DNA of 63,902 bases, counting the filler, from Welwitschia mirabilis (Eukaryota): NCBI GenBank assembly GCA_051453625.1. It is 7 parts of one record of this genome, joined end to end, with 100 filler letters (N's around TTAATTAATTAA, not from the genome) between each part and the next. Parts side by side here need not be neighbours in the genome. Positions count along the whole stretch, not along the records: positions 24,547 to 41,050 come from JBOZIK010000001.1; positions 41,151 to 57,699 come from JBOZIK010000001.1; 5 more parts are not named here. One strand, 5' to 3'. Below, piece after piece: positions 39,290 to 49,269 of the stretch. Position 1 is the first letter of the stretch, and the number at the start of each line of letters is the position of its first letter. The notes beneath the pieces are model-generated. The model worked only from the letters and a program-made list of their open reading frames with translations. It made no database searches and was not told where the DNA came from. Made by a program: the position numbers and the translations under genes.

Positions 39290-40335
39290 TTTCTGCCCAT
39301 GGATGATGTCATTTTTCCCGTGCAGTTCTCCATCCCTCCTCTTCTCTTGCTCACGGCTCCTCTCCCGCTCGCGGTTGTTCTCCTACCCGTGGCTCTTCAC
39401 CTACTTGCGGCTCTCCTCCTACTCGTCGTTCTCCTACCCATGGCTTTTCACCTGCTCGCGGCTCCCCTCTTGTTCGTGGCTCTCCTCTCGCTCGCGGCCG
39501 TTTTGCCCACGACGCTTCTTCTTTTGCTCGGGGCCTTTCTCATGCCCATAGCTCTACTCTCGCTCGCCTGTCCGTCATTCTTCCTGCTCGCCTATTTGTT
39601 AGTTTCCTTACTCTCCTGACCGTATCATGTTTCCCAGCCGTGCTCACAGACACTTCAACCAAAAACACGGCAGCCATCACCGTGCTTATCAGAATGCAGC
39701 AGCTAATGCAGCAGTTAACACGGACCAGCTCAATGCAGACCAGCACAACCATGGCTTGCTCAGCCGCCTCCTTCATCAAAATCACCAGCACATCGGCCCT
39801 CGCAGACCCACTGACCATCAACCTGACAAACAGCCCACTAACCACCAACTCAACAGAAAATGAAGCGGTCCTCATGGGCCCACCAATCCTCACAGGCACG
39901 CCGACCTTTACGCACTTCAAACAAAAGTCCGCTTCCACAAAAAGCCGGTAATTTTTTAGAGACTGAATTTTTTTCGGATTCTGAATTTGAATATTTTTCT
40001 TTTCTTGAAAAAGAGTTTTCAAATCCTTCAAAAAATAGATTTGAAAATAGCTTTGGAAATAGAAAAAATGGCAGAAAAAATGGCAGGAATTTTGGCAAAA
40101 AAATGATTTTTTAAGGAAGAGGAAGAATATTTTAAAGGATTATGGACCATCTGGTGTGGCTTCAAGAAAATCTCACCAAAACTAAATTGCTCCTGCTCTA
40201 TTTGTTCAACTGTCACAAAACTTTTCCGTGACATCTTCCATGAACATCCTTCTCAACCTAGAAGGCGTTTCAATTTTTGGGGCTCTTGTGTAAATTTCAA
40301 CCTGTTCTCTCTTATTTTATTCATTAAGATGACTC
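39290..40335 (+). pseudogene. PLE ORF1 C-terminal half (5'-truncated), including an 18-bp tandem repeat at about 39352-39500
   Basis: HGSSPARGCSPTRGSSPTCGSPPTRRSPTHGFSPARGSP; EFEYFS; FKGLWTIWCGFKKISPKLNCSCSICSTVTKLF, homologous to 32670-33560 (-). Confidence 0.7.
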
Positions 40336-40345
40336 NNNNNNNNNN

Positions 40346-41050
40346 GTTCATAATTTTTCACAGAGAGAGCTCAGTTATAATGAAATCAGATTACTTGGTT
40401 ACGGCCTAAAATTTAGGCCTTGTCCTCATTCTATGGCTTATGGGGATATTATGGATGAATTTCGTAGTTTTATCAGGTGGGTACATCTTAGAGCTTATTT
40501 TGGCACTACTCCAGACCCTTCCTCCTTGGGTCATCCTTTTCTAGATCATCTATAGTATATTCGTCTTAAATTCAGAATAGCCTCCCCTTGGAATCCTCTA
40601 GTTGATGATGATATAGGTCATTTTTGTCAGCATTTGAATGATGTCATTTTAGAGAAATTCTCTTTAATGGATTTTTCTAATAAACGCATGTTTCCGCCTT
40701 ATCTTCTTTCAGCCTTAAAAAATTTAAGGCGATATTCTAGTATTGTTATCAAACCATCAGATAAAAACCTCGGAATTTATGTTTTGGATGCTATTTGATA
40801 TTTGAATGAAGGTCTCTGGCAGCTTAATGATCATGATGTTTATGAGCAGGTTAATGAGGTGCCTTGGTCCTTGATCCATTCTAAGCTTTAAGCCATTGTC
40901 ACCCGATTTTCAGACATTTTACAATCCTACTCAAAATTCATCACCCAAATTTCTATTTCTAAAGCTAAGCCTTGCACCTTCTACCTGTTGCCAAAAATCC
41001 ATAAACCCACCTTAGTAGGACGCCCAATTTGCTCCTACACAGGTGACATC
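40346..41050 (+). pseudogene. Penelope-like RT N-terminal part (second copy), cut by a scaffold linker
   Basis: One 235-codon frame with 3 stops: VHNFSQRELSYNEIRLLGYGLKFRPCP; IVIKPSDKNLGIYVLD; QLNDHDVY; FYLLPKIHKPTLVGRPICS. 40667-41050 aligns with 37675-37310 (-). Confidence 0.93.
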
Positions 41051-41194
41051 NNNNNNNNNNNNNNNNNNNNNNNNNNNNNNNNNNNNNNNNNNNNTTAATT
41101 AATTAANNNNNNNNNNNNNNNNNNNNNNNNNNNNNNNNNNNNNNNNNNNNTTCTAATATAATTTTACATAGGGCTACCTCTTTAAGCTATTCTA

Positions 41195-41507
41195 GGCCTT
41201 CTCCTTGTCCTTGATTCATTCCACAGGGATTCACATCTTGGAAACATTTTTGCTATATGTGATGGTCACATTACCTATGTGGACTTTGGGAGCATTATAG
41301 TCCTTAGTTAGCAAAACAAGAAAATATTTATTAATGTAGTAGTGCACACTGTAAATGAGGATTATGTTGAGATTGCAAATGATTTTACAAGGCTAGGGTT
41401 TGTTTCTTCTGGCACAAACATAGCTTCAATCATCCCAGCATTAGAAGTAATATGGCAAAATGCAATTGGAAAGGAACTAGCTGATTTTAATTTTAAAAGT
41501 ATCAGTG
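41195..41507 (+). pseudogene. ABC1K1: ABC1/UbiB atypical kinase ABC1K1-like fragment (catalytic loop and downstream)
   Basis: FHRDSHLGNIFAICDGHITYVDFG...S*QNKKIFINVVVHTVNEDYVEIANDFTRLGF...PALEVIWQN...LADFNFKS, recognised as plastoglobule ABC1K1 (FHGDPHPGN...VHAVNEDY...ANDFTRLGF). Stop at 41309. Confidence 0.88.
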
Positions 41508-41751
41508 ATAAGGCTAAGTGCAAGGTAGATGCATCTAAGGATGATGTTGTAAAGATTAGGAGGAAGTTTGATGTGTTCATATCTAGTTTTTTAAAACATT
41601 CTAGTAGCTTGCATTAGATGCCTAAAATGAACCTAAGTGGTCTACTCTTTTCCCTTCTGGGTTGACATCAAGTCAGCAAGGCATTATGTAGATTAGAAAG
41701 ACAGGTAAGAAAAAAATAAATATTTTTTAATTTCCTTTTTTCATATTATAG

Positions 41752-42432
41752 AATTCTAGCTTCTCTGATGTCCTATGGATCAGTGTAAAAAATGCCATTA
41801 ATCCATTTCATTACAAGAACCTGTGAAATGGAAAATTCTTTATATACTGTCAGAATTTTAACAGTGGAATCATTTTTAAAATTCTCTATGAAGTATTTTA
41901 TATTCTATTCCTCAAGTTTGTGATTAGGTCCTCAAAAGGCTTCTCACCAAATTCATCAATAATAAGCTCTCCATTATAATCTAATTCTTTTAGATTAATG
42001 TCGTTCAATAATGAAGGAAAAAAAAACTGTTCAAGAGGCATCCCAACCTCTTCTTCTCTATTTGAAAATGCGATCTGGTTTGGAAAGAAGAACATCATCT
42101 TGAAAGGTATAAAGTTCTTTCATGTAAAACTCCTAAATGATGTTTTTCCTATTTGCTAAAACGTGGTGATCTTAGATAAAAAGGGGATCCAAATTACAAA
42201 GAAGATTATGTAGTTTCTTCACATAAAATGGAACAACCTCAGAACCTCTTCCAATGACATGATTATATAGAAGACTAACCCAGTATATTCCTGGCTTCCA
42301 TAAGATATCTATGCCTTGACCAACAAAAGAAACAACTGCACCTCTTAAAGAAAAAATAGTTTCCCTCACTGTTTGTGGGGTGTATTTACAAAATAAAAAT
42401 AGATTCTATGCTTCAAATCTAACACCTCTAGT
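41752..42432 (-). pseudogene. ABC1K1: ABC1K1-like N-terminal fragment, apparently intronless, with an internal deletion
   Basis: KYTPQTVRE...RGAVVSFVGQGIDILW...EVVPFYVKKLHNLLCNLDPLFI*DHHVLANR...QDDV; NGELIIDEFGEK; DSTVKILTVYKEFSISQVLVMKWINGIFYTDP. Confidence 0.85.
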
Positions 42433-45371
42433 AAGATTCTGAAAACCAAGCATGAAGTCTCATTCTTTGCTTCATCCTTTTGACTCTGTTTCTACAAGTG
42501 TACTTTTGATTTTTTTACTAGTGTCTAGACTACAACGTTTCTTTTCCCATTCAAACAAGATAAAGGGAAGCAATCCACTGAGGAGACGGTTGGCTTCTAG
42601 GGTGCCTACAATGAATGATTATTGCAACTAAAACATGGAATTACATCTATCTAATGTTTTCATTGAAAATAATCTCTATTTCTTGAAATTTTATGAGCTT
42701 TATGAGGCTACTCATATTGACGTTACTGGCAAGATTAAACTACAAGATTCATAAACCTAAACCACAATGCATTTAAATCCTACTAAAAAGAGAATCATGC
42801 ATGCCATTTGCTAGGGATTGGCTGATACTGGTTCTAGTGACAAACAGATACCACTTTAGCAGGAGTAATGGATGCCTCTTAATGAAACTCCAATTGGGGA
42901 AAAAAAAAGGATTGTCGCTAAAAGCCTATGGATTATGTTAAGATAGACCCTTTTTATTTCTGGATTCTTGAAAGCATTTGAAGTTTCGTATTGTTCACCA
43001 CTCTTGGCTGTAGAGGAGCTTTTCAAATTTAATTTACATTTAGAAATTTGTAGCTTGAAGCATGATGCTTCTTCTTCATTACACTCCTATCCTCTCTCAT
43101 GGAATAATTCCCCATCGAGTGCTATCTTTTCCCTATTTTTCTTAATAGATGTAGGAATACCTTATCTCGCTCTAGAGCTATTGAAAGGAAAATATTACTA
43201 GACATGTATGATCTAGAGACCTAGAAATAAATTATGCTCTGCCTTTGAACAATTGCAGCAAGGTCATAATGGATCTTTTCTTTTTTAGAAATAGGGTAAA
43301 CAATATTTTCAGAAAATAGGAACATTTAAATCAAGCTCATATGATTCCTCTACGTGAGAGCTATTTCAAATCTCTTCAATTTGCTATTTTCCCATCTTTT
43401 TTTGAGAGTGAATTCTTCCTAAATGCTATAAAGTAATCTCTCATAGATCCTTTTGTAATATTTTTCATATTGGATTAGATTAAGTCTGAGAATGACTTTG
43501 CACCAAGATGTTTTCTTCTGAGAGTCAAGAGGCCAAATGCACACTAAAAGAAAGCGTGTCTGGTTTCATGTGTCCACGATGAAGATGTAAATCGTGTATC
43601 TCCACACAAGAACAAGGCATTGCTTGACATAAAGGGAAATCTGATGGCGAATGAGGAATTTGATCTATGAAGATTAAAAAAACAACATTTGAAAAGCTAG
43701 ATTCCCCTCCAATTTCCCCAAATCTTTTTTAAACACCCCCTCCTCCCCCCCATCACCCCTCCCCCCCGCTACTCATTTGTTATCCTTGATCACTTGGAGA
43801 GGAAGAGAATCATGATGGACTTCTCTTCTTCCTTTGTCCTCATCACCCACCACTCCAGCCATTCATACCTCCCATTACTTCTGCCTTAGACTAGCTTAAA
43901 TAAATGCCTTTTATCAGGCTGTCATTTTGTGAAGTGTAGTGGCCATCTTGAAGGGACTCGGGAGAAAGCAGGAGGCCTTTTAATTGCTGCATTCTTGAGA
44001 AAAATTAATTTTGAGAATCTTTCATGATGATGCTNNNNNNNNNNNNNNNNNNNNNNNNNNNNNNNNNNNNNNNNNNNNNNNNNNNNNNNNNNNNNNNNNN
44101 NNNNNNNNNNNNNNNNNNNNNNNNNNNNNNNNNNNNNNNNNNNNNNNNNNNNNNNNNNNNNNNNNNNNNNNNNNNNNNNNNNNNNNNNNNNNNNNNNNNN
44201 NNNNNNNNNNNNNNNNNNNNNNNNNNNNNNNNNNNNNNNNNNNNNNNNNNNNNNNNNNNNNNNNNNNNNNNNNNNNNNNNNNNNNNNNNNNNNNNNNNNN
44301 NNNNNNNNNNNNNNNNNNNNNNNNNNNNNNNNNNNNNNNNNNNNNNNNNNNNNNNNNNNNNNNNNNNNNNNNNNNNNNNNNNNNNNNNNNNNNNNNNNNN
44401 NNNNNNNNNNNNNNNNNNNNNNNNNNNNNNNNNNNNNNNNNNNNNNNNNNNNNNNNNNNNNNNNNNNNNNNNNNNNNNNNNNNNNNNNNNNNNNNNNNNN
44501 NNNNNNNNNNNNNNNNNNNNNNNNNNNNNNNNNNNNNNNNNNNNNNNNNNNNNNNNNNNNNNNNNNNNNNNNNNNNNNNNNNNNNNNNNNNNNNNNNNNN
44601 NNNNNNNNNNNNNNNNNNNNNNNNNNNNNNNNNNNNNNNNNNNNNNNNNNNNNNNNNNNNNNNNNNNNNNNNNNNNNNNNNNNNNNNNNNNNNNNNNNNN
44701 NNNNNNNNNNNNNNNNNNNNNNNNNNNNNNNNNNNNNNNNNNNNNNNNNNNNNNNAATTTTGAGAATCTTTCATGATGATGCTTCATTAACTACTTTTTT
44801 ATCATCCACTTAACCTTTATCTTACATTAAAACCCTTACCAAAACCTCCTCCTTCCATGATCACATATATACTTATTACTTATATGATTAAACATTTACA
44901 TACATAATGATATGTTTATCATTTATTATTATTACATTTTTTTCCTTTCAAGTATTCAGCACATAAAGAAAAATTTTATAAAATTTAAGTTTGCTTTGAG
45001 AGATTACCACAAGGGGTAAGGATGCAAATAATTAGTTCACTAATTGAGTGCATTTTACATTAGCATAAAAAAGATATAAAGAACTTAAACCAAGGATTTA
45101 CACAGGATATATTAATTAATGAGTCCAATCATAAAAATTATTTAATCCACATAAAATCACTATAGAATTTATAAATTCATTGCACATTCATTATACAATT
45201 AAAAATAAGTCATCAAGGCCATCTAGAGGGGCATAAAACAGGGGTATAAATTAAATATATTTAAAATTTAATACTTGAATTAACTTGAGTTTTAAAGCCA
45301 TCACACAGATAAATGTGAAACATTAATAATAATCATAAAAAAAATTATATGCTAAAATTTGGGATATTATA

Positions 45372-45627
45372 CTAAACCTTAAATCCTAAAATGTAAAAAC
45401 TAAAACCATGCATCCTAAACACTAAACCTCAAATCCCAAACTACAAAAAACCCCTAAATCCTAAACCTCTAAACCGTAAATCCTAAACCCTAAACTTAAT
45501 ATACCTAAACCCTAAATTTAGTTTACTTAAATCCTAAATCCTAAACCTTAAATAGTAAATCCTAAATTTAATCTACTTAAACTCTAAATCCTAAATTTAA
45601 TCTAAACCCTAAATCCTAAAGCCTAAA
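45372..45627 (+). repeat. Degenerate interstitial plant telomeric tract, (CCCTAAA)n-like
   Basis: Several exact CCCTAAA units and many TCCTAAA/ACCTAAA/CCTTAAA variants. Confidence 0.85.
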
Positions 45628-45906
45628 TTCAATCTGCTTTTGCAAAAACATTTTCATTTTTGACATGTCATCACTAAATGTGTTACTTTATGCTTTTATG
45701 GTTTAAGTGCTGCATTATTGAAATCAGATGGATAATGTTTTCTATTATAATTAGTTTTATTTATATTCTATTTAGTTTTATATTATAGTTAGTTTTATTT
45801 TATTTTGTAAATGGTGTAATGACACCCATCCATCATCGATATATATACACACATACACACCCCACTATTAAGATGCTTTTAGTCATTCATTTCAGCAAAA
45901 TGTAAT

Positions 45907-45948
45907 ATAGTTGATGAGGAGGTGGAAGCCCTCTGAAAGTGCTTTTGT
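45907..45948 (+). ncRNA. Hammerhead ribozyme motif, copy C (near-intact core)
   Basis: atag TTGATGA GGAGG tggaagc CCTCT GAAA gtgc TT ttgt. Confidence 0.7.
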
Positions 45949-48935
45949 TGTTTTGCTAATGAATCTCTATTTTTGAGCATCTCTTTATTTCTTTGAAAAA
46001 TTGTTTTTTGTTTTTTCTAGAGTTTTCCAATAGCTAGTGACCATTACTTATGATTAAGAAACCCAAGATTTTTTCATTATGATGGTTGGATATTTAAATT
46101 CTACTAAGGAAATGTGGGATTTGGTCTATTTTAGATAACTTGCAACTTCATATCTGATGGCTGAATTTATCTCTAGCAAAGTTAATGTTTTCATTGCTTT
46201 TCTACAAAAAGCTTACATTTGTATGTTGTCAATATAGATTATAGAGTTTTGGTATGATATTGTTTTTTTGTGAAGACTGAACATAGCTTTAAGAGTAACC
46301 CACTCTTCCTCTAAAACTGACTTTAATTAGAGAGTGTTTTGGGACACCAGTGTAAAGGTATTTCTTTCTTTCTCTGAAGTTGAAATTAATATCACAACCA
46401 TTCTCACTATTTGGCCATTAAAAAAGAAACCCATAAAAAAGCAAGCTATAATGGAAATAATAAAAACAAGCCAAAATAAAAGTAAAAATAGAAGTTGAAA
46501 TTTTTTGCAGATATTAAAGAATCAAGCAGAAAAAGAAAAGTTATCAAATATGCAATTTTCTCCATTTTTACAGATGTCTTTCTTGAACTACACTATCTCA
46601 TTTCTATATGATAGTAGTCCAATTACTACCTTCATTATTTTCTTAAGAAATAACAACCCCTTACAGTTGCCTTTCTACCCTTGTTCATGTCCCTGTGAGT
46701 GTACTTATTTACAGGTTTACTCGCCATCACTCCCATGCCTTTTCCTCATAGTCATGTTGTCTTTGTATGTATCTGCATCTCAAGCACCCTACTCTTTGGC
46801 ATGTTCCTTAATGAAGCATGTCATTTTCTGCACACTATAGGCATGCTCACGTTGCTCGCATCTTTCATATTTCACTTCATACTATTTGGTCTCTGTGCAC
46901 CCACAGCCTTACTTACAACTGCGTTCTTGCCCGTAGCTCATCTCATAACCACATTTCTAGCTTTTGTGTTTTACTTTCATGCTGCTTCTGGTGTTCTTTC
47001 TTGCATTCGTAACACTCATTATCATGCATGTAGTCACGCCATTTTTAAACTTGCTCGCAGTTGCGCTAATGCCAATGTTTCTAATGCACTTTTAGTCCTA
47101 CGTGGAGAACCTTTCTCTATGCATAACAACATGCCTTTCTCCACATGCAAAAACTCACTTTTATGCATTTTCAATTCTAGCTCTATTGTTCCACTAGGAC
47201 TGTGTTTGAATCAAATAAATGCAGAGCTAGAGCTTAACATGCTTGTCACACCTGCCACTCTCTGTAGGTGAATCTAGGTAGACTATTTTGTTTCTATCAA
47301 TATATGCACAAACTAGAGAGCCCGTATATTGCGGTACTCTACGTGAAATGTCAATAGAAGTATTCTATTATGTAGCGCATATGTGTTAGCACCATGTCCC
47401 GCGATCCAACATTTAGTTGAATATGTCGAGCTAATAGTGAAATGCACCCTTGGGGACCTCACGTATGGTTGAAGCTGATAGTTTCATATAAAATGGATAA
47501 GTGTGCCATTCCACCACACCTAACATATATATATTTGTTGTAGTTATTGTTGTAGTTGTTATTGCCACAAGCGATGCCATTGCATTCTGTAGAACACTCT
47601 CACATGGATGCCACACGTGCTGTCAACTTAACCAAGAGCATCACTAGTTACTTGTGAAGCCATCCATTTAAGCATAGTTCTCATCTTTTGTTTTAATACT
47701 TGGCCTCTTATCCTGTTGGACCTTACCCTTTTCTATCTGCTAGCTATGCCTTCCCTTGTGTTTTTTACCAGCTAGACCTTCCCTATGTACCTATAGTTCT
47801 AAGCGTGTTGCCTTGTCGCACTTGCACTTTTATTTTTGTGCCCTTTTTTAACATACTCCTCTTCTTCTTTTGTGGTAACTTCTTCTTTGATGCACTCCTG
47901 TTAATTCTGTGTATTTCTTAGTCAATGCTTTCTATGCTCTTTTTTCCTTCGGCTTCTTCACTTCCGGTTCTTTAACACAGCCTTATGTGATGCTAATGCA
48001 ATTTGAGCTTGCGCTATCACTTTAGCGATCTGCACCACTTACTATCTATGTAGTTATTCTTAGCCAAACACGACTAGCTCAGCGTTCCACATTGCCTGCT
48101 ATATACTTTGTAACCTTCGACCATGCTCTCATAGATACAATCACCCATGGAGCCATTAACGTAGTCACCCATGAGGCCTCAAGCTTTATCCACACATATT
48201 TTGTCAGTGCTCAGCTAGCTAAGCATAACATCATTAGTATTAATGGAGAAGTCAGAGGTATTAATTCAAGTCAGTGGCACTTTATGCCAAGTGGAAGGTA
48301 CATTATTTCAAGTATTAGTTTTGAGGTAGAGATATTATTTCACGTGTCAGTTTTAAGGCAGAGAATTAATTTTTTTTTTTTTACAAAGGCATTATTCCAT
48401 GCGTAGGAGCATTATTTCATGCATCAAAAACATTAATTCTTATGTTAGAGGTAAAAATCAAGGTAGTATTTTTTAAAAAATATCTAAAAATTTTTAATTC
48501 TTGAAAATTTTTAAAAATTATAAAAATCATACAAAATATGGTTATAGTACCTGCATTATTTTTAAAGAAGAACTAGCAAATTAGTATAAAAAAGGCTTGC
48601 ATTTAAATTGAAGGGTGTCTTATAGCTTTAGTAATGAACTTTGTAAAGGGAATTCCCTTGGTCTTTAAGCTTTGGTGAGATGCTTAGTCCTTGGGGTTAT
48701 CTTAAACCTTAAATTCCATCTACTTCTATAAAACCATTCTCATTTTTAACATGTCTTCACTAAATCTGTTACTTTATGCTTTTATGGTCTAAGTATTACA
48801 TTATTATAACCGAATGAATAATGTTTTATATTATATTTAGTTTCACTTTATTTTGTAAGTGGTGTAATCACATCCACCCATTGTATATATACCACTATTG
48901 AGATTCTTTTAGTCATTCATTTCAACAAAATGTAA

Positions 48936-48979
48936 AGTAGCTGATGAGGAGGTGGAATCCCTTCGATAGTGCTTCTATT
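48936..48979 (+). ncRNA. Hammerhead ribozyme motif, copy D (near-intact core)
   Basis: agtag CTGATGA GGAGG tggaatc CCTTC GATA gtgc TT ctatt; stems I and II pair with G-U wobbles. Confidence 0.72.
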
Positions 48980-49269
48980 ATTTTGCTAATGAACCTCTAT
49001 TTTTTAGCATCTCTTTATCTCTTTGTAAAATTATTTTTCATTTTTATTAGACTTTTCTAGTAGTCAGTGATCATTACATAAGATTAAAAACCCTAAACGC
49101 TAACTGTAAACATTAAAGAAACCGTAAACCCTAAAGAAATCCTAAGAAACCCTAAACCTTAAAGAAACCTTAGGAGATCCTAAACCCTAAACCCTCTTTT
49201 TTTTATTATAAAAACCTCTTTTCATAAAATGCTTATTCTTAATTAAGAAAACCCCTTTTCATTACAAGA

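Larger units (their letters stand above)
45622..49195 (+). mobile_element. Non-autonomous PLE derivative bounded by two pseudo-LTRs (45622-46066, 48707-49095) with a telomere-like 3' tail (49088-49195)
   Basis: About 400-bp direct repeats with hammerhead motifs. ORF1 start homolog at 46082. 48640-48710 matches the RT C-terminal codons at 36430-36357. CCCTAAA-like units on both sides. Confidence 0.82.

Noticed and set aside
39272-39619. Leu-rich 115-aa ORF resembling a membrane protein
   Set aside because: Best explained as an off-frame reading of the pyrimidine-rich 18-bp repeat in PLE ORF1.
39952-39958. T TTT TTA slippery heptamer as a programmed ORF1-RT frameshift
   Set aside because: A -1 slip from that frame meets TGA within three codons, and the site is not evident in the second ORF1 copy.
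41165-42432. Twin-priming origin of the ABC1K1 inversion
   Set aside because: Twin priming gives divergent halves; these converge, which fits a later simple inversion.
45622-49095. Treating the ~400-bp direct repeats as LTRs of a TRIM/LARD
   Set aside because: No TG...CA ends, PBS, PPT or TSD, and the repeat overlaps the 3' end of a PLE RT elsewhere in the window.
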